64,000 nt of DNA from Octopus sinensis. Taxonomy: Eukaryota. The notes beneath the pieces are model-generated. The model searched no databases and was not told the DNA's origin. It was given only the letters and a program-made list of their open reading frames with translations. The position numbers were made by a program, and so were the translations under genes. The DNA lies in contig NC_043006.1 in assembly GCF_006345805.1 (NCBI RefSeq), positions 69,006,001 through 69,070,000 on the forward strand, written 5' to 3'. This document shows positions 13,352-25,989 of this stretch, piece after piece. How positions within the stretch are numbered: the first letter of the stretch is position 1; each line of letters starts with the position of its first letter.

Positions 13352-13435
<84 letters not shown>

Positions 13436-15107
13436 TATATATACATATATATATATACATATATATATACATACATATATATTTATATCACCATCTGATG
13501 GCTGACATTAACAACTAGACATCATCTTTCCTCTCGGAAAATAATCACTTGGATTCCTTTTCCATTTGTGTTTGTTTTCCTACAGACTTCGGAATATTTT
13601 TATGTGGCAAATAAAACCGTTGGTACTAAGAAGTTCCGAATTAGTAAACAATAGAGTCTTTGAGTTAGGCATACTTCTATATAATTCAATGCCTCACAAG
13701 ATATTGGTCAAGCCAAGTTTATATTAGAACACATTTGCCCAAAAAGCCGCATGGTAAACGATCTTGGAACCACGTGGTTTCAAAAATGATTAGTAATCAC
13801 AATAATGCTACACAGATATTTAAACTGAACAAGAGGAATATAAATTTCATGCATTTAAAAGGACTTTGAAAACACTGTTATGAAAACGCTTACAATCTGA
13901 ATAAACTTATTTGTGGTGAGGTAAAGTGACACGCATCAGAAATGGCTAACAAGGGACATAACTCTGTTGGGCTTTGTTTTATTTTCCTGTATTCTTTGAC
14001 TGTGTGTATTTCATCTACGAGTTTCCTTTTTATTATTTTTGTTTTGCGTGTTCTTTACGGATGTGGCGGCTTCAGGCCTCTGGTAACAAAGGACTTCAAG
14101 CTATATATTTTACATCCAGCCATATCCGATGATTATTAATTTACCTCTCAAAAATTCAGAGGCTTTTCCAGCATGAAACCACTCGATGATATTAAACTGA
14201 CTGAAATTAAATCTATACGCACGCACACACGAACGCACGCACACACACACGCACACTCCCACACACACTCTTACACACAGATTCACATACATACACATAC
14301 AGAATTATGTATGTATTTGTGTGTGCGTGTGTGTGTGTGCATATATATGTAACGGAAATAATTGATTTGGTACATAATATGATTTGTCGTGGTCAGCATT
14401 TGCGACGCTAAAAATTTGTAGCCATAAAGTTTGTTGTTATCATTGCATGTTGTAAGATGTGAAAGATGAACTATGCATGAAGTTTTAAGGAAATATTTAT
14501 TTACCGTTACGTTACTAATACCTTGCCTCTACAGGCAGGTTTTGATACATCCAAAAGCATACGAAGTAAAGTTTGAGTTTGGGTTCTCTTCATTGATTAG
14601 TAGTAATTGCTAAGACAGATAGAATGATGTTGTAAGAGAATAGAATTAGAGCTAGAGAGAATTGGATGGTGTTGTCTCACAGCTGCTGACAGTAAACTTC
14701 ATTTCTCCCTGTGACCAAGGTTCTAGCTGGTCAGCCAGATTACGTTCTCACTAAGCTGTCACCAACTGGTGACTAACGTGGTTGAATCGTCACGACTGTG
14801 ACGAACTGATTTTTGCTTGGGATGTGCTTGCTTATATAACCATCTAGAAGGATAGATATATCATTGAGAACAATAGATTTAGTTGGTGGTCTTGTTATCT
14901 CTATTCTAGCTTTTGGTGAAGTAGAAGAGGTTAGAAAGGGTCAAGTAGTGAAGACATTATTTCGGAAAATGTAAAACTGCTGTCAGAGAAAAACCATTGT
15001 TCCACCATGGGAACAGTTCTGTTGCAGCGTTAATTTAAATTTAGCTATGGTGGATCGACTCCACTTCATGCATACAAGATCCACTACAGAATATATATAA
15101 TATATAT

Positions 15108-15149
<42 letters not shown>

Positions 15150-15263
15150 CAATTATGGATAAATCTTAATAAGAAATCTTAACAAGACATTATCAGGTAG
15201 TTAGCGTGAAAAACCTCATAAGAGAAAAAGGGACTTTCAAAGTCATTACTACCAAAAAATAAA

Positions 15264-15326
15264 CGAATCGTACCGAATGCAGCTCTCGAAGCAATGCAGC
15301 TCTCGAAGCAATGCAGCTCTCGAAGC
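15264..15326. repeat. 17-bp tandem repeat x3 (aatgcagctctcgaagc)
   Basis: Direct reading. Confidence 0.9.
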
Positions 15327-15349
15327 AAGACATTTAAAAACAGAATTTA

Positions 15350-15413
15350 GTTCCAGATCACCTGTGATTTCGCAATTAACGTATTATCTACGTCTTTTGT
15401 TCATCAGTGAAAC
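15350..15413 (-). ncRNA. Type I hammerhead ribozyme fold
   Basis: Minus strand: guuuca-CUGAUGA-acaaaagacguagauaauacguuaauugc-GAAA-ucacaggug-AUC^-uggaac. Stem I 6 bp; stem II caa/uug plus gacgua/uacguu; stem III A-U plus ucac/guga. The only lesion is A.C at 10.1:11.1. Confidence 0.75.
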
Positions 15414-15462
15414 ATATTCAAAACATATCAAGAATGAACAAAACCAACATACCCGGCAGAAC

Positions 15463-15562
15463 NNNNNNNNNNNNNNNNNNNNNNNNNNNNNNNNNNNNNN
15501 NNNNNNNNNNNNNNNNNNNNNNNNNNNNNNNNNNNNNNNNNNNNNNNNNNNNNNNNNNNNNN
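15463..15562. other. Assembly gap (100 N)
   Basis: Run of N. Confidence 1.
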
Positions 15563-15645
15563 ACATACATACATACATACATACATACATACATACATAC
15601 ATACATACATACATACGTACGTACGTACATACACACATACATATA

Positions 15646-16532
15646 CAGGGTGGGTGAAAAGTAAGTAGGCATTAAAAATTGGTAATAAAATCCATATTCC
15701 TTTTACAAATTTATTGAAACAAATGATACATTCTTTTTATTACATGGGAAAATGAAAGTAAGTCTTCATATTTCAGTGTAAGCACCGGTGGCGTCAACCA
15801 GTTTCCTCAAATGGCCACGGATGGAATGAAGACCCCTCTGAAGGACATCGTGTGGGATATCATTAAGAACTTCCTGAATCCGTAGCTCCAAGTCGAGGTT
15901 TTGTCTTGTACACCTCTTCTTTTGTACCAACTCACAAGTAAAAATCATATGGAATGGGATCTGAACTTCTTGGAGTTTTGAACTCCCGGACATCTGCGGT
16001 CGCAATCTTAAGGTTTTTTTCTCGTTCACGTAATGGGGTTTCCACGGACGAAAATTCAATTTATTATGCATCACCGTACTTATTGTGTTTCTTGTTAGTC
16101 TACTTTCACGAGTTGCTTGACGGGTTGATTTTTGCGGGCTGTGATTAAAGATTTCCTGCATCGTTGCACTGCTCTGCGTTGATCGGGATGTTGTTGGACA
16201 GCCACTTCTTCTTGCATCGTTCATAGAGCCCGTGGTCATCAGCTTTTTAATGTCTCCGGACGTAGTGTTGCATACTTACCTTTCCATGCATGCCACCGTC
16301 TCTGAACAAAAAACAATGAAATTCCACACTTCATAGCGTGCTGCTCTCTTAGCTCGCTCTTGAACAGTCGAGCGACCGGCCATCGGGAAGAGAAGAAATA
16401 AGAAATAAAACAATAAGATTATAAGAAACCCCCATTAGTGTTGTCTGTTTAAAAAGCCTTTTCGTCATGACTTCAGCAATGCTAAAAATTCGGCAAGCAA
16501 TTCTTATGCTTATTTACTTTCCAACCATTCTA
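15646..16532 (-). mobile_element. Internally deleted Tc1/mariner-superfamily transposon (maT/rosa-like)
   Basis: TA|CAGGGTGGGTGAAAAGTAAGTAGGCA with a degenerate partner TIR at 16507-16532. ORF 15766..16239 joins the HTH region (RSGCP...SPQKSTRQ...LNFRPWKPHYV) to the C-terminus (IQEVLNDIP...ATGAYTEI); the catalytic core is missing. Confidence 0.85.
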
Positions 16533-16599
16533 TATATATATATATATATATATAAATATTATATAGTATATAATAGATATACATACATACACACACACA

Positions 16600-16679
<80 letters not shown>

Positions 16680-16709
16680 AAATAAATGATAATATATATA
16701 TAAATAATA

Positions 16710-16945
16710 GGCGCAGGAGTGGCTGTGTGGTAAGTAGCTTGCTTACCAACCATATGGTTTCGGGTTCAGTCCCACTGCTTGGTACCTTGGACAAGTGACT
16801 TCTACTATAGCCTCGGGCCGACCAAAGCCTTGTGAGGGATTTGGTAAGTACGGAAACTGAAGGACACACAGTAAGTACGGAAACGTCGTCTAATGTTATT
16901 ATATATACATATTATATATGTATATATATGTATATATATATATAC

Positions 16946-17007
<62 letters not shown>

Positions 17008-17124
17008 TGTGTGTTTGTATCTGTGTTTGTCCCCCGAACATCGCTTGACAACCGATGCTGGTATGTTTACGTTCCCCGTAACCTGGCGGTTCGTCAAAAT
17101 AGACCGATAGAATAAGTACTAGGC
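16710..17124 (+). mobile_element. SINE family A with tRNA-like head
   Basis: A-box-like TGGCTGTGTGG, B-box-like GGTTCAGTCC, then accttggacaagt (CORE-like, from memory). Confidence 0.85.
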
Positions 17125-17188
17125 CTTTAACTTAAGTACCATATTCATCTGAATCTAAATTTTGCTGAACTTATATATAAATATATAT

Positions 17189-17496
17189 CTTTTACTCTCT
17201 CTTTTACATGTTTCAGTCATTTGATGCGGCCATGCTGAAGCAAATCGACTCCAGGACTTATTCTTTGTAAGCCTAATACTTATTCTATCGGTTACTTTTG
17301 CCGAACCGCTAAGTTACGGGGACGTAAACAGACCAGCATCGGGACAAACACAGACACACAAACATATACACACATATATCCACTCACAAGGCTTTGGTCG
17401 GCTCGAGGCTATAGTAGAGACATTTGCCTTTGGTGCCACGCAGTGGGACTGAACCCGGAACCATGTGGTTGGTAAGCAAGCTACTTACCACACAGC
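17189..17496 (-). mobile_element. SINE family A
   Basis: Reverse-oriented match to 16710-17124. Confidence 0.85.
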
Positions 17497-18084
17497 ACTG
17501 CTGCACCCATCTATCTGCACCAATATATATATATAGATATATATATATATATATTATATAGAGATATTTAAATTAGAGATAAAACCACTATTAGGCAAGT
17601 CAACAATGAAAAACTCAAGCCATACATAAGATTAATTAATTTATGTATTTTAAATATATATCAAAATATTAAAAAAGAATATATATATATATATATATAT
17701 TAAGAATGGATTATCAATCCGAGTGGAACAATTCTTAGGTTCTCTGTTGATACAATGCACCAAGCTGAGAAAAGGCTGAGGAACGTCCAGACTTTGTAAA
17801 TCGATGGTTGCATTACCAAGTTGATACGGTATGTTTTCACAGAATGATACAAGAAAAGGCATCGATAATGGGCATTGTGCATTTATATATTTGTGCATTG
17901 CAAGCTTACAGTTGTTTCTGATATACATTTTAGGTACATTCATATTTCAGTTTGCTCTGTCAGTCTTATTGATGGATTGAAAATAGTGTGTGGTGTGTGT
18001 GTGTGTGTGTGTGTTGTGTTTGTGTTTGTTTGTGTGTGTGTGTGTGTGTGTGAGTACGCGCGGGCGAATGTGGGCCTTTGTTTC

Positions 18085-18278
18085 TGTGTTTGTTCCTCAT
18101 CACCACTTGACAACCGGTGTTGGAGTGTTGACGTCCCTATATTTTGGCAATGAAATAAGTATCAGGCTTAAGGAGAAAGAAGAAAAGAACTGGGTTCGAT
18201 TCGTTCGACTAATATTCCTTTAAGGCGGTGCCCCAGCAGGACCGCACTCTAATGACTGAAACCAGTAAAACATAAAAG
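18085..18278 (+). mobile_element. SINE family A, diverged 3' part
   Basis: cacttgacaaccggtgttgg...taaggcggtgccccagca...aatgactgaaac. Confidence 0.7.
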
Positions 18279-18295
18279 ATACACACACACACACA

Positions 18296-18330
<35 letters not shown>

Positions 18331-18953
18331 CGTATATAAAGTCTCGCCCACATACGTACACACACACATACACAAACACCCACATATGCGCGCTCACACA
18401 CACATACACACACAAACACACATACGCACAAACGCGTGCGCACACACACACACACACACACACACAAACACGCATTCACACAAACACACTCACTCACACA
18501 CACACACACACTCACACACACATTCACTCACACACCACACACACTCACACACACACACACACACACACAAGCACACACAAGCACACACACACGTGTACAC
18601 ACGTGTACACATATAGGGATTTAGGTGTCACCGAAATATTTAGCGATCTATCACCACCTATCTCATCTCAGAATCTTTGTATCTCTCCATCTTCTTGTCT
18701 CTCTGTATCCTAGACGAACTCTCTTGGTCTTCCTCCAACATTAAAACAGGAAGAATCGCAGAAATAAATCATTGAATAAATTGTTGTCGTTGTTGTTGCT
18801 ATCGTTGCTGTTGTAGCTGCTGCTGGTGCTGCTGCTGCTGGTGCTGCTGCTGCTGGTGCTGCTGCTGCTGCTGTTGTTGTTGTAACAACAATTTCAAGCA
18901 TTGGATGTTATCGATTGATAGACTTTTAGACTTTGTATTTTGTGAGTATGTGC

Positions 18954-18984
<31 letters not shown>

Positions 18985-19110
18985 CGTACGTATGCATATT
19001 TATATATACATATACACATGCGCACATACAAATAACCCACACATACGTATACACACATGCACATAGCTATCTATATCTGTCCATCTATCTGTCTGTGTGT
19101 ATATACATAC

Positions 19111-19142
<32 letters not shown>

Positions 19143-19280
19143 GTATGTATATATATTACATGTGTAAACGTTAACAGTTGTAAATAAGAAAGAAGGCACC
19201 AAGATATGTCAGCAAGTGTACATTTTATATCTCCAGTTTGAGACATACATATATACATATACATACATATATATATATAC

Positions 19281-19323
<43 letters not shown>

Positions 19324-19391
19324 AATATATGTATGTGTGTATGTAAGTTTATATGTATATATATATATGTGTGTGTGTGTGTCCATATATG

Positions 19392-19450
<59 letters not shown>

Positions 19451-19613
19451 ATATATATATATATATTTACGCACACACTCGCACATTTCATACAATCATA
19501 TCTATATCGCAGTGTCGCCATAAACACTTCACTTTTACCGCCGTCTACACCTCGTCCATTTCCTTCCCTTCGAAAATCACACCCTACACTTTCATTCACG
19601 CGCGCATACACAC

Positions 19614-19678
<65 letters not shown>

Positions 19679-19805
19679 TCTATCTATGTATGTGCGCGTG
19701 TTTGTGTGTGTGTCTCTCTATATATATACTCACACGTAGTATTGAACGAAAGGGAAAGTCGACCACTCCCTGACATAGTAATATATAGGTGTGTGTATAA
19801 CATAT

Positions 19806-19856
<51 letters not shown>

Positions 19857-20193
19857 TACAAACATACATACACGCACTCGCACCCCACCACATATATGTA
19901 TATAGTGACTCTGTTAAAATTTTGCCTATGCATACATATACATTTACACACTTTACACAAACTTACATACACACACAAACACATAGACACATATACCCTA
20001 AAACTCACACGCATACACTACAGACTTCCGTCGAGTTTCTTCTACATATTAAATTTTAGTCACTCATATTCGACCCGAGACTACAGGAAAAAATACTTGC
20101 CCAAGGTGCAACTCGAACCGAAGAGAACGGTTTTGAGAAATTAACTTCTTAATCACACACAAAAACACACACGCATACAGATACACAAACAGA

Positions 20194-20256
<63 letters not shown>

Positions 20257-20524
20257 GCACACACGCACGCACACACGTGTAGTTACGTTGTTTTATTCTC
20301 TTCTGGTGTCAGTTATTCAGATGTGAATCGTATTTGGAATATAGTCCTTAAAAGTTCTATTTGATCAAAATAACCCAAGTGCATATTTTAGGCTTGTTGG
20401 TACAGATCTTATCGTTCTGTCTTTGTCAAGTAGCTAAGTTGTTTCTTGACAGAATCTAATTTAACACGGATAATCATTCATGCGTACATATGTAGGTATG
20501 TACGTACGTGTGTATCTATGTATG

Positions 20525-21207
20525 TTCTCTGACTCATTTTAATTTAGAGTAAATTTTGTTCGGCCACCTACATTAGTAGCAAGCTTGTGAAAGAAAGTAT
20601 CTTGTTTAAACCATCATCCTTTAAATCTTAAGAAGGCCTTGCAGTTTCTTATAGTCCCAGACATCGCGATCATTTGCAGTGTCTGAATAAAAGATTCGTA
20701 TAGTCTCCCCAAGATCCCAGGTTCAGTTTTACTTTGCATTAGACCGGTTGGCATGTATCTGTTGCCCCAATAACAGTAAATATGGAGATGAACGTTGTAC
20801 TGGATTTGCAAACTCCTTATCACTGACCCATAGATGTCTTCTTTCTCTAAGTACTTTTCTAACCACATTCGTATCCAGAGGGCAGTTGATTTCCATAACA
20901 GAACATATCTTTTCTTTGTGGTTGTGTTTTAACTTTGTGGCCGCTTTAATTTTTAGATTCCATCGATATTCTTTTGACCCATCAGTCCCAATATGGTCAA
21001 CTTCGTTTGTAGGTATTTTCTTTTTCGTTATCCTGTTCCAGGCCGCTCTGACCACCGTATCATGCTTCATGGGAAGATAATACCTGGAAAATCTTATCTT
21101 ACAGTTGGAAATAATGTGGTTGATGTCTTCAGCCTTGGCCTTGCAAATCCTACATTCGTTGCCTGTAGGTACTAGGTGGAGGTATCTTGTTCTTGGATTG
21201 CATTCCT
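20525..21207 (-). mobile_element. R4/Dong-like non-LTR retrotransposon (restriction-like endonuclease), 5'-truncated and decayed
   Basis: With frameshifts: AIQEQ...CRICKAKAEDINHIISNC (CCHC knuckle)...KHD (RHD motif)...MEINCPLDTNV...LQMIAMSGT. The PD catalytic segment appears deleted. Confidence 0.85.
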
Positions 21208-21625
21208 GTATGTATGTATGTATGTATGTATGTATGTATGTATGTATGTATGTATGTATGTATGCCTTTGTTAGGGCATTCTTCTTGGAGAAGGTAACTC
21301 AGGTAACTGGGATAACTCCGACATAAAACCTACGGCTCAGTGGTTACCGATGATGTTAACTTGTTCTTCTTTTCGGATTATGGCTGATGTTGCTTAGCGA
21401 GTGGGATTGACTCAGTGCACAGCCTTTCCTCACTTTAAAAAAAATCTTCTTGCACAGGCATTGCACGATAAAAACATTAATTAAGCTTTGTGCAATGGCC
21501 ATAACGAAGGGGAAGCCACCATGTATGTATGTATGTATGTATGTATGTATGTATGTATGTATGTATGTATGTATGTATGTATGTATGTATGTATGTATGT
21601 ATGTATGTATGCATTTATGTATATG
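21208..21625. repeat. Two (TATG)n tracts (21208-21264, 21521-21625) bracketing a 256-bp insert
   Basis: Direct reading. Confidence 0.9.
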
Positions 21626-21887
21626 AGAGTGAATGACACCTAGTATTTGTTAGGTATTCCTTCCAGGAAAAGGTAAACTCGTATTAAAAAATCCTGCAGA
21701 GCAGTTGGTTTCTGGTCGTTCCAACCTCTATTCTAACATTGGTTTTATAGCTCTTCAATACTTTATCCACTCAAGACAAATTCACTCACAGGAACTTCTT
21801 GGCCTCTTGGAACGTTTGCACGGACTTACTGAGTTTAAGAAGTGATCTTACTTAGTAACGAGTTGACTTCCATCACGTGTGTATATA

Positions 21888-22536
21888 TGAGGGGAAATCA
21901 AAAATTATCCGCACTTTCGCCATAACATATCTTTATTATTGATATACTGCCTTTTGCGCATGCGTGCTTATAGTTGCTACCATTGTGGCCACGTGATCGA
22001 AGTTTGAGCCTAATCGCGCCTTTTTTTCTTTCTGGCTTTACAGTGTAAGCATGACCGCTCCACTAGCAATGTGCACCAAAGAAGAACGCAGAGCAGTGAT
22101 CCGATTTCTCTAGTCGGAAGGTGTGTTAGGTGCTGAAATTCATCGGAGGCTTTTAGCACAATATAAGGACCGTGCACTACCACATAGAAGTGTGTATGTG
22201 TGGATAGAGAAGTTTTAAACGTGGCCGGACAACGTGACGCATGAAGAGGGAGCAGGATGCCCATCAACCTCTACCACTGACGGTTCGAGAGATGGTAATA
22301 GTGAACCAGTTCACCATTGCCATTCCTCGGATCACTGCTCTTTGTTCTTCTTTGGTGCACATTCTAGTGGAGCAGCGATACTTACACTGTAAAGCCAGAA
22401 AGAAAAATGGGGCGGTCATGCTCTAACTTCGATCACATGACCAAAATAGTACCAACTATAAGTACGAATGCGCAAGAGGCAGTGTGACAATAATAAAGAT
22501 ATGGCGAAAGCACGGATGATTTTTGACTTCCCCTCA
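21888..22536. mobile_element. Mariner (irritans-like) fold-back element made of two inverted left ends
   Basis: TIR tgaggggaaatcaaaaattatccgcactttcgccata and its inverse at 22499-22536. Left arm encodes decayed MTAPLAMCTKEERRAVIRFL...HEEGAGCPSTSTTD. Symmetry centre gtgaac-ca-gttcac at 22301-22314. Confidence 0.9.
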
Positions 22537-22840
22537 CCAAACATTTCGTTGATATCGTGACCGGTTTCAGCTGCTTTTTGAAGTTGAATATGTTAGTAAC
22601 AACGTTGAAAAAAAAATATCAATGTTAATTTATTGATGCATTTGGGCAAGTCTACGTCTGTATTATCAGACAATTGCAAAAAAAATATTTAAGAAAATTG
22701 AAGACTCTGCCAAAATCCGGTACAAATTCTTCACGGTTCAAAACATTGCTTACTTTTTACTCAACCTGATTGGTTGATTCTCGCAGGGCATTGCTTTTGT
22801 TGCTGTTGCTAATGGGCAGTTTCTTGTTGCAGTAGTTGTT

Positions 22841-22896
<56 letters not shown>

Positions 22897-22928
22897 GCTA
22901 CTGCTGCTGCTGCTGCTGCTGCTACTAT

Positions 22929-22963
<35 letters not shown>

Positions 22964-22991
22964 TTACTACTATTACTACTACTACTACTAT

Positions 22992-23053
<62 letters not shown>

Positions 23054-23080
23054 TTGCCGTTACTACTACTACTACTACTG

Positions 23081-23133
<53 letters not shown>

Positions 23134-23185
23134 ATCACTACTACTACTACTACTACTAACTACTACTACTACTACTACTACTACT
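22841..23185. repeat. (TAC)n/(TAA)n/(TGC)n compound microsatellite
   Basis: Direct reading. Confidence 0.95.
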
Positions 23186-23555
23186 GCGAGCTGGCACAAC
23201 CGTTAGAGCGTCGGAATAAATGCTCGCAGTATTTCTTTCTTCCGACTCTACATCCCGAGTTCAAATACCGCCGAGGTCATATTTTGCCTGTCATCTCTCC
23301 GGGGGTTTGATGACATAAAGTACCAGTCAAATACTGAGATCGATGGTACTTCAATTCCCCTCCCCTCAAAACTTCACTCTTCTGCCTAAATAAAAAAAAA
23401 AACACATTATTACTGCGCTTTCATTGCTGTGTTTTGTTGTTGTTGTTATTGTGGTTGCAACTGCTTTATCGCATTGTAGCTTTTGTTGTTGATGTTGTTG
23501 TTGTTGTGTAGTTTTTGTTTTTTGTTTTGGGTGTTTGCTATTACTGTTGCTATTG

Positions 23556-23587
<32 letters not shown>

Positions 23588-24056
23588 GTTGGTGGTTTTG
23601 TTAATATTATCATAAGTACAGAATAAGATAGAATCGTTAGCACGCCGGGCGAAATGCTAAGCGGCATTTCGTCCATCTTTATATTCTGAGTTCAAATTCC
23701 GCTGAGGTCGACCTTGCCTTCCATCCCTTCGGGGTCGATACAATAAGTAATAGTTACGCTCTGGAGCCAGTGTAACTGACTTCAATTCCCCAACCCCTGC
23801 CGGTCTTGTGCCAAAATTTGAAACCAATATTATTATTATAACTGCGGTGAGCTGGCAGAATCTTTACCGCACCGGATAAAGGGCTTAGTGGCATTTCTTC
23901 TGACTTTACGTTCTGAGTTCAAATTCCGCTGAGGTCGACTTTGCCCTTCGTTCCTTTCGGAGTCGATAAAATAAGTAAGAGTGGAGCAATGGGGTCGATG
24001 TAATCGATTTACGTCATCACCCGAAATTGCTGGCCTTGTGCCAAAATTTAAAACCG
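23185..24056 (+). mobile_element. Three SINE family C copies (about 23185-23390, 23620-23826, 23843-24056)
   Basis: gagctggcagaatc.tt...ctgagttcaaattccgctgaggtcgac..tgcc. Confidence 0.8.
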
Positions 24057-24125
24057 ATATTATCGTAACTGCTGCGATTGGTTTTGCTCTTTGTAGTGTG
24101 CTGCTGTTGTGCTAACACCTCTAGA

Positions 24126-24885
24126 TGGCACTCCGTCGGTTACGACGACGAGTGTTCCAGCTGATCCGATCAACGGAACAGACTCTTTTTTTTTTTTTTT
24201 TTTTTACTCTTTTTACTTGTTTCAGTCATTTGACTGCGGCCATGCTGGAGCACCGCCTTTAGTCGTGCAAATCGACCCCGGGATATTCTTTGTAAGCCCA
24301 GTACTTATTCTATCGGTCTCTTTTGCCGAACCGCTAAGTGACGGGGAGTAAACACACCAGCATCGGTTGTCAAGCAAGCTAGGGGAACAAAAACAGACAC
24401 ACAAAATATTCACACACACTTATATATATATACATATATACGACAGGCTTCTTTCAGTTCCGTCTTCCAAATCCACTCACAAGGCATTGGTCGGCCCGGG
24501 GCTATAGCAGAAGACACTTGCCCAAGATGCCACGCAGTGGGACTGAACCCGGAACCATGTGGTTGGTTAGCAAGCTGTGAAACTAAAGTGCAAGTGGCTG
24601 AGCACTCCACAGACACGTGTACCCTTAACGTAGTTCTCGGGAAGATTCAGTATGACAAGGCTGGCCCTTTAAAATACAGATACAACAGAAACAGGAAGAA
24701 AGAGTGAGAGAAAGTTGTGGTGAAAGAGTACAGCAGGGTTCACCACCACCTCCTACCGGAGCCTCGTGGAGCTTTTTAGGTGTTTTCGCTCAATAAACAC
24801 TCACAACGCCCGGTCTGGGAATCGAATCCGCGATCCTAAGACCGCGAGTCCGCTGCCCTAACCACTGGGTTATTGCGTCTCCACA
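24126..24885 (-). mobile_element. SINE family B interrupted by a nested SINE family A (24185-24577)
   Basis: B tail at 24126-24184 and B body/head at 24578-24885 join collinearly when A is removed. Confidence 0.85.
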
Positions 24886-25397
24886 ACTAACACCTCTACC
24901 ACAACAGATACCACCCATATCACCACCACACTACCAATGCTAGCACCAACACAGCTTTCACACCACCACCACCAACAACAACAGTAACAACAACGCCACA
25001 ACCACCACTACCATCACAGGTCACGACCATCATTCCAAGAACTTTCAACTTAGCCTAACATCGCACCACCACCCCATAACCACTACCACAACTATCATCT
25101 TCACTGCAAATCCACTAACGCCGCCTCCACAACAACAACTACGACAAACACCCTACCACCACCACCCTCTTACAACAACATCCAGACTTAGTGGCGTGGT
25201 GCTCGTTTGAACCTACTTCTAAATATTTCTCTTTAGATTACATACGGCTGATTGGTTGCAGTAGTTGAGGTAGTGGTGGTGGTTGGTGGTGATAGACATG
25301 AGTAGTAGTTGCAGTTGTAGTAGTTGAAGTGATAGAAACAACAGCAGCAGTAGGAGTACTACTACATGGAGTAGAAGTAGTAGTGGTGGTGGTGGTG

Positions 25398-25461
<64 letters not shown>

Positions 25462-25467
25462 CAGCAA

Positions 25468-25523
<56 letters not shown>

Positions 25524-25697
25524 ATGGTGGTGGTTGTGGTGGTGGTGGTGGTTGTGGTGGTAGTAGTGGTGGTGTTGGTGTTGGTGGTGGTAGTGGTGAT
25601 GGTAGTGGTAGTGGTGGTGGTGGTGGTAGTAGTAGTAGTAGTAGTGGTGGTGATGGGGTGATAGTGGTAGTGGTTGTGGTGGTGGTGTGGTGGTGGT

Positions 25698-25760
<63 letters not shown>

Positions 25761-25762
<2 letters not shown>

Positions 25763-25989
25763 CATGCCCAACGCAATCGTGCAGTGAACGAACAATAAAG
25801 AGGGTTCTATGCAGTTGCTCCACCTGCTAGACATAGCAGCTAATCTCCATCGAATCGCACCTATCCTCATAAAAACGGAAAGTGACATTGGATACTTAAG
25901 TAATGCTCCAGGATGGTCTTAGTAAGAGTGTCTTCATCATAGAACTGCAGGGGTAAGATTTACCTTGGGCCTTATGTCTCGTAAAGTAG
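25761..25989 (+). repeat. Interspersed repeat D, copy 1
   Basis: High-identity direct copy at 28363-28592; both follow (GTA)n. Confidence 0.9.

Noticed and set aside
16710-16790. tRNA gene (also the SINE B and C heads)
   Set aside because: A/B boxes are present but there is no complete cloverleaf, and each continues into a SINE body.
17739-17828. 90-nt AG...GT exon candidate with a strong donor
   Set aside because: Stops in all three plus frames and a weak pyrimidine tract.
21440-21522. HDV-like ribozyme at the 5' end of the (CATA)n-bounded insert (also tried in the 29791 unit)
   Set aside because: Could not build P1/P1.1/P2/P3 in the required order.
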